A stretch of DNA of 64,000 bases from Opitutaceae bacterium (GCA_016795565.1 JAEUGW010000017.1:12433-76432); one strand, 5' to 3'. Shown: positions 27,880 to 38,315, counted from the first letter of the stretch. Translations and numbers: made by a program. Notes: a model not told the origin generated them from the letters alone.

Positions 27880-28256
27880 GCCTTGGGCGGGAATTTCTTC
27901 AACAATTCTTCAATCTTGGTGAGGAGGCGCGGGAGTTCGACGGGCTTGGTGTCGAAATCGTCGCACCCGGCTTCCAGGGCCTTTTGCCGGTCGCTTTCCA
28001 TGGCATGCGCGGTCAGGGCGATGACGGGGATCCCCTTGGTGGCCGGATCGGCCTTGACCTGGCGGGTGGCGTCCCAGCCGTCCAGCACGGGGAGGCTCAT
28101 GTCCATCAGGATGAGGTCGGGGAGTTCGCTCTTGGCCAGCGCGACGCCCTGGCCGCCGTCAACGGCCAGCGTGAGGGTGTAGCCGCGTTTCTCCAGCCGG
28201 CGGGAGAGCATGTCGCGGTTCATTTCATTGTCTTCGACGAGGAGAATTTTGGGCAT
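27876..28256 (-). CDS. Single-domain response regulator (CheY-like)
   Basis: 126 aa with ILLVEDNEMN, LILMDMSLPVLDG and DFDTKP. Its stop overlaps the downstream start (ATGA). Confidence 0.9.
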   Translation of the reverse strand: MPKILLVEDNEMNRDMLSRRLEKRGYTLTLAVDGGQGVALAKSELPDLILMDMSLPVLDGWDATRQVKADPATKGIPVIALTAHAMESDRQKALEAGCDDFDTKPVELPRLLTKIEELLKKFPPKA

Positions 28257-28282
28257 GGCAGGGAGTGTTCAATACGGGGAAG

Positions 28283-30646
28283 TCACGCTTCCGCAAGCGC
28301 ACAGGACTGCAGCGCCGGGCGGATGAGGTTGGCCAGTTGCTCGCGGGTGAACTGGCCTTTGCGCAGGGTGCCCAAGGTTCTCCGGGCCAGCAGGTCATGC
28401 ATGTCCTGCGTGATATCCATCGACGTGAGAATGACGACGGGGATTTTTTCCCAGTCCTGGGTCTGGCCGAGCACCTCGAGGAATTCGAGGCCGCTCATGC
28501 CGGGCATCTTCAGGTCGAGGACAATGATGGCGGGGCGCCGCTTGCGGATGGTGCGGATGGCGGACTTGCCACTGATGACCGAGCGGGATTGCCAGCCTTC
28601 GCGCTCGAAATGGCGGGTGAGCAGGTTGCGCGAGTCGGCATCGTCCTCGACGTGCAGGACGTAGCATTTGGGCAGCGGGCTCAGCTGGGTGGCGATCTCT
28701 GAGGTGAGCTGGCCGGCATCCACGGGTTTGAGCAGGACGGCGGCGGCTCCGAGGGACATGGCCATCTCCGTGTCACCGGAGGCGCCGAGGACAATGACGG
28801 GGACGTCGGCCAGCTTCGGGTTGTCCTGCAGCTTGGAAAGCACGGTCCATCCATCAGTGCCCGGCATCTGCACATCAAAGATGATGAGATGCGGGACAAA
28901 GCGGCTGACGTGATCCAGACCCTGCTGGCCGGACGCGGCCTCGACCACATCGTAGCCGCTCGTGCTGAGCACTTCCGACAGGACGGAGCGCGCCTCCTTG
29001 TCATGATCGATGACGAGCACCTTGGGCCGGTTCTGCTGGCCGGGGAAGGGGGAGCGGGTGAGCTTGTTGGTCGCCTGATTGACAACCTTGGGCTGCTTGC
29101 TGAGCACCTTGGCGGGCATCCGGATGGTGAAGGTGGAGCCGACCCCCGGGGTGCTGGTGACGGTGATATCGCCCTGCATCATCTGCGCGAATTGTTTTGA
29201 AATCGCGAGACCGAGGCCTGTGCCGCCATACTTGCTGGTGGTCGAGGCGTCGGCCTGGCTGAAAGCTTGGAACAGGCGGCTGAGCTGCTCGGGAGTCATG
29301 CCAATGCCGGTGTCCACCACGGAGAGTTCCATCGTGTCGGCGTCGTCGCCGATGACGCGCACGGCCTTGAGGGTGACCGTGCCCTTCTCGGTGAACTTGC
29401 TGGCGTTGCTGAGGAGGTTGAGGAGCATCTGCCGCAGCTTGGTGGCGTCGGCGTGCATCGCGCCGATGTCGGCGGGACAGTCGATGGCGAGGGCGTTGCC
29501 CTTTTTGGAGACGAGGGGGGAGGCGGTGGCGATGACCTCGTTGATGAGCTTGGTCAGGTCGAAGGTCTCGAGGAAGAGCTCCATCTTGCCCGCCTCGATC
29601 TTGGAAATGTCCAGCACGTCGTTGATCAGGCCGAGCAGGTGGCGGGCGGCGTTGAGCACCTTGTCCAAATCCTCGGCGCGCGCCGTCTCGCCGTCGTCGG
29701 TGGCGTCTTCCTTCATGATCTCGCTGTAGCCGATGATGGCGTTGAGCGGCGTGCGGAGCTCGTGGCTCATCTTGGCGAGGAAGCTGCTCTTGGCCTTGCT
29801 GGCCTCCTCGGCGTCCTTCACGGCCTTGGCCAGCAGGCGGGTGCGGTCGTCCACGCGGGCCTCCAGGGTGCGGTTGGCCTCCTCCAACTGGTCGTGGGCC
29901 TGGGTGATTTTTTCATGCGCATCCTCGGCCGCCACGCGGGCGCGTTCCAGCTCGGAGGTGTTGGACTGGATGGTGTCCAGCATGGCGTTGAACGATTCGA
30001 TCAGGTCGCCGATCTCGCCGCTGGCCGGCGTTTGCACCCGGGCGCTGTAATCCCGGTCGCGCTGCACGGCGGAGGAGACGCGGGCCAGGGCGGTGATGGG
30101 GCCGGTGATGCGGCCTTGGAAGCGCCAGGCCATGGCCGCCGCCAGCAGGCCGGAGGCGAGGAAGACGATGAGGGAGCCGCGCAGGAGGTTGGCGAGGCGA
30201 TCCTGATCGTCCTCGTTCAGTTCCGCCTTGAGGTAGAGGGTGCCCAGCTGCCGGGTGCCGCCGCTGACGGGGGTCCAGAGAACCCCGCGTTGGCTGACAT
30301 CCAGCAGCCGGGTGATACGCGGGGTGGGCGGAATGACCTCGGTCAGGCCGGTCCGGACATACCGGGCAAGAATCTTGCCATCGGCCGAATACACGGCCGC
30401 CGCCGCGATCTGCCCGTCCACCCCGAGGGAGCTGGGCTGCAAGTCCGGTGCCTTGGGGTTTTGCTCCAGCAGCGGCACCAGGTTTTCGATCATCAGCATC
30501 TGGGTCTTTTCCAGACGCGATTGGACCTCATTGTTAAACTGGCGGACGTCGTAAAGGTAGAAGCCCGCAAACGCGAGTGACAGCGTCACGCCGCAGGTCA
30601 GCAGGATGAACAGGATCAGTTGCCAGCGAAACGAGAGACTTTTCAC
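28283..30646 (-). CDS. Hybrid sensor histidine kinase (2 TM periplasmic sensor, HAMP, HisKA, HATPase_c, two receiver domains)
   Basis: Motifs SHELRTPLNAIIGYSE, NLLSNASKFT, DTGIGM and GGTGLGL. REC1 has HLIIFDVQMPGTDG and REC2 has IIVLDLKMPGMSG. The start is GTG at 30646 (VKSLSFRW) or TTG at 30670. Confidence 0.9.
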   Translation of the reverse strand: MKSLSFRWQLILFILLTCGVTLSLAFAGFYLYDVRQFNNEVQSRLEKTQMLMIENLVPLLEQNPKAPDLQPSSLGVDGQIAAAAVYSADGKILARYVRTGLTEVIPPTPRITRLLDVSQRGVLWTPVSGGTRQLGTLYLKAELNEDDQDRLANLLRGSLIVFLASGLLAAAMAWRFQGRITGPITALARVSSAVQRDRDYSARVQTPASGEIGDLIESFNAMLDTIQSNTSELERARVAAEDAHEKITQAHDQLEEANRTLEARVDDRTRLLAKAVKDAEEASKAKSSFLAKMSHELRTPLNAIIGYSEIMKEDATDDGETARAEDLDKVLNAARHLLGLINDVLDISKIEAGKMELFLETFDLTKLINEVIATASPLVSKKGNALAIDCPADIGAMHADATKLRQMLLNLLSNASKFTEKGTVTLKAVRVIGDDADTMELSVVDTGIGMTPEQLSRLFQAFSQADASTTSKYGGTGLGLAISKQFAQMMQGDITVTSTPGVGSTFTIRMPAKVLSKQPKVVNQATNKLTRSPFPGQQNRPKVLVIDHDKEARSVLSEVLSTSGYDVVEAASGQQGLDHVSRFVPHLIIFDVQMPGTDGWTVLSKLQDNPKLADVPVIVLGASGDTEMAMSLGAAAVLLKPVDAGQLTSEIATQLSPLPKCYVLHVEDDADSRNLLTRHFEREGWQSRSVISGKSAIRTIRKRRPAIIVLDLKMPGMSGLEFLEVLGQTQDWEKIPVVILTSMDITQDMHDLLARRTLGTLRKGQFTREQLANLIRPALQSCALAEA

Positions 30647-30867
30647 GGGGTTGATTGCAACAAACCCCAAGCCAAAGGATTACGGCACAAAGTCAACGGG
30701 ATAGCTCCCCAGAGGGTTGCTGGCCAACCCGCCCGTGCCAATCCGTGCGCTGAGCGCTGCGGCGAGGGCGAATTGTCGGGCGATTCGTGAACAACGTCGG
30801 CTTGGCGGCTGATGGAACGGCGTTCTAAGAAAGCGCGCGGCTGTGCGTCTGAGGTTTGGAGGCGCCC

Positions 30868-31548
30868 ATGAACATCCACAAATATCTGCTGCCCGCTTCG
30901 ATCGCCGCGACGATGCACGTCGCGCTTCTCTGGCTCATGCCCGACCAGCCCTATACCCGGATTATGGAACTGCCTCTGAACACGGACTGGGGGCTGACAA
31001 AACCGCCCGAGGATTCACCGGTGACAACCGAGGATCCGGTCGAGCGCGAGAGCACTCCGGAGCAGGTCAAACCCCTGAAGGGCAACCCGGCACCGCCGGA
31101 GTTGCCGAACGTGCCGGCCAGGTTGCCTGAGGGCCCACTCGTCATCCCGATCGAGAATCGATCGTCGAAATTCGACCGCAGCATCACCGTGATTCCGGAA
31201 AATATTGGAACCGGGAACGGCGTGCCCGACGGCCTCGATTTTGCCTCCGCCGGGATTTTTCCTACGGACGCGCTGGATCGCGTGCCTGATGCGAGGGTGC
31301 AGATCCCGCCCGACTATCCGTATGCGATGAAGCAATCCGGCACCAGCGGCTCGGTGGTGGTGCGGTTCGACGTGGACACTGCGGGGCACGTGGTGCGCGT
31401 GGAGGCGGTCAGCTGGACGGACCGTGAGTTTGTCGAGCCGGCATTGCGAGCGGTCCGGAAATGGCGGTTCGAGCCCGGGCGGCGCAACGGCCGGGCCGTG
31501 CCCTTCCGCATGGCGGTGCCGATCGAGTTCGGCATCGAGAACAACTGA
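30868..31548 (+). CDS. TonB-family energy transducer-like protein
   Basis: N-terminal anchor, a Pro-rich linker (NPAPPELPNVP) and a TonB C-terminal domain (PPDYPYAMKQSGTSGSVVVRFDVD..G.V..V). GGAGG lies 5 nt upstream of the ATG. Confidence 0.75.
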   Translation: MNIHKYLLPASIAATMHVALLWLMPDQPYTRIMELPLNTDWGLTKPPEDSPVTTEDPVERESTPEQVKPLKGNPAPPELPNVPARLPEGPLVIPIENRSSKFDRSITVIPENIGTGNGVPDGLDFASAGIFPTDALDRVPDARVQIPPDYPYAMKQSGTSGSVVVRFDVDTAGHVVRVEAVSWTDREFVEPALRAVRKWRFEPGRRNGRAVPFRMAVPIEFGIENN

Positions 31549-31560
31549 GACGTGGTGCGT

Positions 31561-31944
31561 TCAGCCGGCGCGCGCGTGCAGCAGGTGGTTCACGCGCGCG
31601 ACCAGCTCCGCCGGGCTGAAGGGCTTGGTGATGTAGTCCAGCGCGCCGAGTTCCAGGCCAAGGTTGCGCGAGTCGGCCGAGGCCCAGGCGGACACGATGA
31701 TGATGGGAATGGTGGCGGTCGCCGGATCACGGCGCAGAATTTCACAGACCCCGAAGCCGTCGAGATCAGGCAGCATGAGGTCGAGCAGGATGATGTCAGG
31801 CCGGTTGGTGCGGACGGCATGGATGGCCTCCCAGCCGTTGGCGGCGGTCGTCACATCATGTCCGGCCCGCACCAGGTGATACTGCATCAGGTCGGTCAGG
31901 TCGGGTTCGTCGTCGACGGCGAGGATCTTGGCTACGTGGGGCAT
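31561..31944 (-). CDS. Single-domain response regulator
   Basis: 127 aa with ILAVDDEPD, IILLDLMLPDLDG and YITKPF. Confidence 0.9.
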   Translation of the reverse strand: MPHVAKILAVDDEPDLTDLMQYHLVRAGHDVTTAANGWEAIHAVRTNRPDIILLDLMLPDLDGFGVCEILRRDPATATIPIIIVSAWASADSRNLGLELGALDYITKPFSPAELVARVNHLLHARAG

Positions 31945-32013
31945 GGTGGGATCATGCCAGACCCGCGTGACGGTCCGGTGGGCGTCTGGTGACGATTGGG
32001 CAACGACCGGGCC

Positions 32014-32478
32014 TTACCAGCGGTGGTAGGCGGGATGGCCCGGAGTCACGGCGACGAAGGTGCCGCGGCAGGTGGCGCGCGGTTTGCCGGCGGCCGTGAG
32101 GGTGCCCTCGATGGTCGCGCGATCGGCCGATGACTCGATGACGCGGGCAATCAGCTCAACCGGATCGGCGGTCGGGGTGGGGCGGAGGAGCTTGATGGCG
32201 TAGTCGGCGGTCACCGTGCAGGGTGGCTTCTCAAGGCGGCCCAGCTGCATCAGGTGCCAGGCGGCGGTCCAGTTGCAGTGGCAGTCAAGGAGGGAGCCGA
32301 TGATGCCGCCGTTAAGCATGCCCGGAAAGGCCTCGTGATGGGGCTCCGGCTGCCAGGCCGCCACGACCTGATCGCCCTGGACAAAGCTGCGGATACGCAG
32401 GCCTTTCGCGTTGGCCGGCCCACAGCCAAAGCAACTGCTGGCGGGCGCATACCTTTCCTGCAGGCACATCTCGTTCAT
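32014..32478 (-). CDS. PaaI-family hotdog-fold thioesterase
   Basis: 154 aa with CFGCGPANAKGL, MLNGGIIGSLLD and a hotdog-length C-terminus. Confidence 0.7.
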   Translation of the reverse strand: MNEMCLQERYAPASSCFGCGPANAKGLRIRSFVQGDQVVAAWQPEPHHEAFPGMLNGGIIGSLLDCHCNWTAAWHLMQLGRLEKPPCTVTADYAIKLLRPTPTADPVELIARVIESSADRATIEGTLTAAGKPRATCRGTFVAVTPGHPAYHRW

Positions 32479-32591
32479 GGGCCCACTCAGACCGAAAGGA
32501 AGGAGGGGCGGAATCTCAAAGTTCGTAGGATTTTTAACTGGCGCCCGTCGCGGCCTCTGCCATGGTGTCGCCCGATGATACCTTTCCCCCT

Positions 32592-33485
<894 letters not shown>

Positions 33486-33508
33486 GTTTCACGCCAACAC
33501 CCTTTACC

Positions 33509-34480
33509 ATGGCCAAGTTCACCAGCACCGAATGGGACGATATCCGCAAAAAGTTCCGCAATTCCATCATGGCGGACACCGCCCTGATCAGCCTCGCGCA
33601 GAACCTCGACACCAAGGAGTGGCCGCACTCCGGCGATGACGAGAAGCCGTCCAAATACATCGAGTTCAGCTACGACGAATTGCTCATGCTGCCGGAGCTC
33701 GCCGGCAATGCCGACAAGGCCGACCACCTGATCGGTATCCTCAAGGAGACCCTGGCCTTTGATGATCCGTTTGGCGACATGGTCGCCCAAGTCGAGGAGA
33801 CCGCCGCCAAGGACAATCCCATCCTCAAGACCCTGGCCCGCCTCAACATCCCTGCGGCCTACCCGATGGCGCTGGCGAATTTCAGCGAAGGCACGCGCAT
33901 CGTCTGCGCATCCGAGGGCGTCAAGACAGTCGGCGAATTTGCCAACCTCGGCCAGCAGATGGCAACCCGCGTGGTGCTCGGGGGCGATTTCCGCAATGCC
34001 CTGAATGCCCTGACCCAGGGTGATGAGGAGGGGATCGGTCAATTCCTGCCCTTCCGCAAGGGCTCCACCGGCCTGCACCTGGCCGAGGCGATTGGCCTGG
34101 TGGCGGCCGGACTGCCGCGGCCTGATCAACTCGGCTTGGCCAAGGCCTATGGCGCCAAGCTCAGCCCGTCCGATGCCGCCGCCGCCAAGACGCTCACGAA
34201 GGAGCAAATCACGAAGCTGGAGTCGGGCCTCCGCGTGACGGCCACGGCCGCCTTTGAGTGGTTCAAGGACCAGAAGGAGGCGATGAGCAAGCTGCTGGAG
34301 AGCGGTGATTCCACCTACGAGCGCTATTTTGTCGTGATCAATGACCCCGCGCGGGAGGCCATTGCCGTGAAGCTGGCGACGGCCATCCACCCGGTATCAC
34401 GCAAGTCTGGCCCCGTGGCTTCCGCGCCAGCCGAAGCCAAGAAGGGCGGTCTGTTCGGCCGCCTGTTTGGCAAGCGCTGA
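33509..34480 (+). CDS. Hypothetical protein, candidate ParA partner, with a C-terminal basic amphipathic tail
   Basis: 323 aa, starting 23 nt after the ParA-like stop. It ends ...AEAKKGGLFGRLFGKR. It has an HhH-like stretch, GVKTVGEFANLG. I recognise no family. Confidence 0.65.
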   Translation: MAKFTSTEWDDIRKKFRNSIMADTALISLAQNLDTKEWPHSGDDEKPSKYIEFSYDELLMLPELAGNADKADHLIGILKETLAFDDPFGDMVAQVEETAAKDNPILKTLARLNIPAAYPMALANFSEGTRIVCASEGVKTVGEFANLGQQMATRVVLGGDFRNALNALTQGDEEGIGQFLPFRKGSTGLHLAEAIGLVAAGLPRPDQLGLAKAYGAKLSPSDAAAAKTLTKEQITKLESGLRVTATAAFEWFKDQKEAMSKLLESGDSTYERYFVVINDPAREAIAVKLATAIHPVSRKSGPVASAPAEAKKGGLFGRLFGKR

Positions 34481-34498
34481 TCCGGCTAACTCTATTTC

Positions 34499-35251
34499 GT
34501 GGATTCGCAGACCCCAGTTCCTCCGGGGGCGCCGGTTCCGCCGTCGCCGGTCTTCCCGCCAGCCTCGGCCCCCTCGTTTCCCAAGCCTCCGGGTGCGTCC
34601 TTTCCTCCTCCGGGTGGCGGCCTGGGTGCTGTCCGCCCCGGTGGACTGAAGCCGCTCGTCCTGCCGCGCCGTCCGAGCCCATTGCAGCGCGCGCAGGAGG
34701 CCACGCAGGCCAGCGCCGAAGCGCGCAAATCGATCAACACGATCATTTCCCAGTCGCGCCCGCCCTGGGGCGGCACGCCCTCGCTGAACGGCTCGCAAGT
34801 GGAGGCCTTGGAAAAAGCCTTGCGCGCCCTGGAGGCCAAATCCGCCGAGCGGGAGATGGCCATGGCGGAACTCGAGAACAAGCTCGCCGAGCGTGATCGC
34901 GCCTTGGCGGAGACGGAGGCACTGTTGCAGGCCCGCGAAAAAATCATCGACGCCATGCGGAAGGAAAAACCCGCCCAGGGCGAAGGCGGCGGCAGCGCCG
35001 AGGAGATTGCCGCCCTGACCAAGCTCAAGGAGGAACTCGACCGCCAGGAGGCCAGTATCAAGGAGGGTCGCGCGGCCCTGCAGGAGCGCGAGGAATTCCT
35101 TAATCAGAGCGAGACGGCGCTCTTCGAGAAGATGCAGGCCCAGCAGGAGAAGGAAACTGAACTCGAGCAGAAGGCCGAGGACATCAAAAAGGCCATGCAG
35201 AAGGCCGGCTTGGCGCCGGCCGAAGCCAAGGGCCCGGTCGAGAAGGCCTGA
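34499..35251 (+). CDS. Hypothetical Pro-rich plus coiled-coil protein
   Basis: GTG start 18 nt after the upstream stop. About 90 aa of P/G-rich low-complexity sequence is followed by about 150 aa of charged heptad-like sequence. There is no TM segment or signal peptide. Confidence 0.6.
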   Translation: MDSQTPVPPGAPVPPSPVFPPASAPSFPKPPGASFPPPGGGLGAVRPGGLKPLVLPRRPSPLQRAQEATQASAEARKSINTIISQSRPPWGGTPSLNGSQVEALEKALRALEAKSAEREMAMAELENKLAERDRALAETEALLQAREKIIDAMRKEKPAQGEGGGSAEEIAALTKLKEELDRQEASIKEGRAALQEREEFLNQSETALFEKMQAQQEKETELEQKAEDIKKAMQKAGLAPAEAKGPVEKA

Positions 35252-35299
35252 GATGGAACCTCGTCCAGTTTGACCTTTCCAAGACCGCACCCCGACCCT

Positions 35300-36595
35300 A
35301 TGTCCATTTCCTCCATGCCTTCCCGTCTGTTCAAACCTGCCGTCATTCTGGCCTTGCTCACCCTGCCGGTCACGCTCCCGGCCCAGACCAGCAGCAGCGA
35401 GGAAGAACGCCTGCAAAAGCTCCTGACCGACTCGACCCAGTGGTATGTGCCGAAAACCACGGTCTCCATCGGGTTCCGGTTGCTCACCTCCGGCGGCAAT
35501 GTGCGATACGGCAATCTTGGCCGCGTCGATTCTGGCTTGGAAGCAGTGGCACCGGCTTCCGCCGGCGTCGTCACGCGTATTTACAACAACGGCATCGTCG
35601 GGGCCGATGCGGTCCGGGCCAGCGAAAAGGACGCCAACGGCAACCAGATACCTCCCGATGTAAACGGCCGTTACCAGACATTTGGCACCACCACCGCCGC
35701 AGATGGCTCCACCATCACCGTCCAGACCGGCGACTACCGCAGCTATGTTGCCGGACTCACCCGCAACTGGAACTACGCGTCGGCCGATCAGGTGACCGCC
35801 GATGGGCGCATCGGCTTCAGCACCTACCGCGCGACCAGCAACGGCGGCTCCGCGATGAAGGACACCGCCGGCTCCGGCGGCGTTGATTTCCAGGTCACGC
35901 GCGCTCTCGGGAAATTCTCCAGCCACACCGAGTGGGGGCTGACGGCGGGCATCGCGCTCAACGGCATCAACAACAAGACCAGCGGCACGGTTGTTTCCAC
36001 CCTGCATACGAACACCGACTACTATTCCCTGAACGGGCAGCCGGCTCCCACGGCTCCCTACGACAGCACCACCGCGCTGACCGACTTTACCAACAGCCAG
36101 GGCACGGTGTTCCCGTCCTCCTTGGAGACCTCGGTGCCGCTGGCCGCCTTGCCCGGTTCATCCACTTCGTCCGAAGTGGTGGGCGGAACGACGGTGAACG
36201 GCAACTGGCAGATCAAGGGGGCCTATTTCCTCATGCGCATCGGGCCCAGCGTGCGGGCGCAGTTGACGCAGCGGCTCGGTCTTAGCGCCAGCCTGGGCGT
36301 CGCCGGGGCCTACTCGGGCAGCACCTATAGCGTGATCGAAACTTTTGTCGCACCGGACAGCAACGGGGTCGTCATCAGCACCCCGGACCCCGAGAAGAGC
36401 AGCACCAGCGAGTTCCTCACCGGCTACTATGCTGACCTGAACCTCGATTGGGCGGTTTCGGAGCGCACCGGCTTCTTTGGCGGGCTCAGCGCCCAGCAAC
36501 TGGGCGACTACGATCAGGTGCTCAACGGCCGCACCGCCCACATTGACCTCGGCAATTCCGTCGGCATCCGCGGTGGCATCAGCATCAAGTTCTGA
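35300..36595 (+). CDS. Hypothetical outer-membrane beta-barrel protein
   Basis: Signal peptide (LFKPAVILALLTLPVTLPAQT). The sequence is S/T/G/N-rich with alternating strands. The C-terminus ...GIRGGISIKF ends in Phe, as is typical of OMPs. Confidence 0.65.
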   Translation: MSISSMPSRLFKPAVILALLTLPVTLPAQTSSSEEERLQKLLTDSTQWYVPKTTVSIGFRLLTSGGNVRYGNLGRVDSGLEAVAPASAGVVTRIYNNGIVGADAVRASEKDANGNQIPPDVNGRYQTFGTTTAADGSTITVQTGDYRSYVAGLTRNWNYASADQVTADGRIGFSTYRATSNGGSAMKDTAGSGGVDFQVTRALGKFSSHTEWGLTAGIALNGINNKTSGTVVSTLHTNTDYYSLNGQPAPTAPYDSTTALTDFTNSQGTVFPSSLETSVPLAALPGSSTSSEVVGGTTVNGNWQIKGAYFLMRIGPSVRAQLTQRLGLSASLGVAGAYSGSTYSVIETFVAPDSNGVVISTPDPEKSSTSEFLTGYYADLNLDWAVSERTGFFGGLSAQQLGDYDQVLNGRTAHIDLGNSVGIRGGISIKF

Positions 36596-38315
36596 TCCCG
36601 CCAAATCCAGCCAGCACGGTCTCGATGCTGTGCAGTTGGGAGGCAGGGAAGAGAGAGTTGATCCGTGTCACCACCTGCTGCACCAGGCCGTCGGGGCATG
36701 AGGCGCCGCCGGTGATCAGGACCCGCTTCGGGGCGTCGTCGTTGGGCCAGAGGGGATGGATTTCTGTGTGGCCGCCCGCTCCCTGGTGCGCCGCCGCAAA
36801 CACGTAGTGCTCGATCTCGTCACGGGATCGAATGTTAGCCTCGGATTGGATGAAAAACGCGCGCGTTCCCAGCTTCTGCTCGCAGAGCCGGTAAAGCTGG
36901 TAGGTGTTGGAGCTGTTCTTGCCCCCGATGATGAAGGCGGCGTCAAGCGGCTCCGCCAGGGCGCGTTGCAAGGCATCCTGATTGACCTGGGTGGCGTAGC
37001 ACAGCGTGTCCTTTTTTCCGGCGCCGCCGACGTGCGCCGGGCCGTCGGTCTCGCCATATTTGGCCACAAAGACGGACTTGAAATAGTCGATGATCGCGGC
37101 CGTCTCATTCATGAGCAGCGTCGTCTGGTTGACGACGGCCAGCCGATCGAGATGCCGGGCCGGATCCAGGTCAGGGGTGTGCAGGCCGTTGAAGCGGGTC
37201 AGCAGAGCGGCCCGTTTGTCCTCGGTGGGTGCGGCGATGTAGTCGCCCAGCAGCCGGGCTTCCGCCAGGTTGCGGATAATGATCGAGGGCGCGTGCCGGC
37301 GGCTGTTGGAGAACGTGGCCTTCGTCTCCTCGTGCTCGCTCTTGCCGTGAATCACGACGGTGTAGCCTTCGCGGCCAAACGAGCGCGCCGCCTTCCACAC
37401 CTTCTCCACCAGCATGCAGGTGGCGTCGTATTGCGCGACCCGGATGCCTTTGCGCACGAGCCGTTTCTTGTCCTCGTCCGTCGCACCAAAGGCGGGGATG
37501 ATGACAATATCCTCGCTCGTGAGCGTGTTCCAGAGCGTCGGGGCACCGTCGGTGGCGATCTTTCCGTCCGGTCCGAACGGCTGTCCCTTGTCGGTTTGGA
37601 GAAAACGCAACCCGCGGCGCAACAGATCCTCGTTCACGAAGGGATTGTGGATGAGTTCGCTGAGCATGAACACGCGCCGCCCGGGGTTTTCCGCGAGGGT
37701 TTCATAGGCGCGTTCGATGGCGTTCTTCACCCCGAGGCAGAATCCGAAATGGCTGGGGATGACGTAATTCACCGCCCCGAAATCCAACCGCGCCGGTCGA
37801 GTCGCCGACCGCTCGTTGGTGCGGGCCAGCGCCTTGATCGCCTCACACAGCCGGCTTTGGTAGAGGGCGCGCGCGGCGGCGTCCTGCTGGTAGATGTCGC
37901 GATTGCGGTCCCGTTCGACGCGAAATTTGTAGATGTAGTCGTTTTCGCCGAGATGCAGGTAGGGAATCTCGATGAGGTGCGGCTCAAGGTGCGCCACCAC
38001 GGCGGCCAGAGCCGGGGTCGGTTTGCCGCATTGCCCCAAGGCCAGCGGCTCGAGCGAGAAAAAGCAGACATCTGGCGCTAGGGATTCAGCCGGTGTCTGG
38101 GTGAAGGAGACATGATGGCGGACCCCCTCGATGTCGCAGGTGAAATATTCCGCCGGCGGCGTGTGCGCCGGAAACCCGGCGGTCAGCCGGGCGAGGGCCG
38201 CCGCCGCATCGCTGCCCGCATGGGCCAAGCCGAGTTGCCCGCCCTCGCGCCGCACGGCGAGCTGATTGTTGGCGTTGAACGCAAGGATGGCGAATGCCTG
38301 GGCAGGAGCGGACAT
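36585..38315 (-). CDS. ispH: 4-hydroxy-3-methylbut-2-enyl diphosphate reductase, long form with an extra N-terminal region
   Basis: Motifs FGFCLGV, IHNPFVN, ATCMLV, VVNQTT and IGGKNSSNT. A YQSRLCEAIK stretch resembles the cyanobacterial/plant N-terminal conserved domain. About 125 further N-terminal residues are unassigned. The start is taken at MSAPAQ (38315). Confidence 0.85.
   Translation of the reverse strand: MSAPAQAFAILAFNANNQLAVRREGGQLGLAHAGSDAAAALARLTAGFPAHTPPAEYFTCDIEGVRHHVSFTQTPAESLAPDVCFFSLEPLALGQCGKPTPALAAVVAHLEPHLIEIPYLHLGENDYIYKFRVERDRNRDIYQQDAAARALYQSRLCEAIKALARTNERSATRPARLDFGAVNYVIPSHFGFCLGVKNAIERAYETLAENPGRRVFMLSELIHNPFVNEDLLRRGLRFLQTDKGQPFGPDGKIATDGAPTLWNTLTSEDIVIIPAFGATDEDKKRLVRKGIRVAQYDATCMLVEKVWKAARSFGREGYTVVIHGKSEHEETKATFSNSRRHAPSIIIRNLAEARLLGDYIAAPTEDKRAALLTRFNGLHTPDLDPARHLDRLAVVNQTTLLMNETAAIIDYFKSVFVAKYGETDGPAHVGGAGKKDTLCYATQVNQDALQRALAEPLDAAFIIGGKNSSNTYQLYRLCEQKLGTRAFFIQSEANIRSRDEIEHYVFAAAHQGAGGHTEIHPLWPNDDAPKRVLITGGASCPDGLVQQVVTRINSLFPASQLHSIETVLAGFGGIRT

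Noticed and set aside
34397-36007. 536-aa ORF on the minus strand
   Set aside because: It is antisense to the coiled-coil and OM-barrel genes of the ParA-like operon. Its composition is G/A/R/L-rich. The plus-strand genes have a signal peptide, a C-terminal Phe and operon spacing that make sense.
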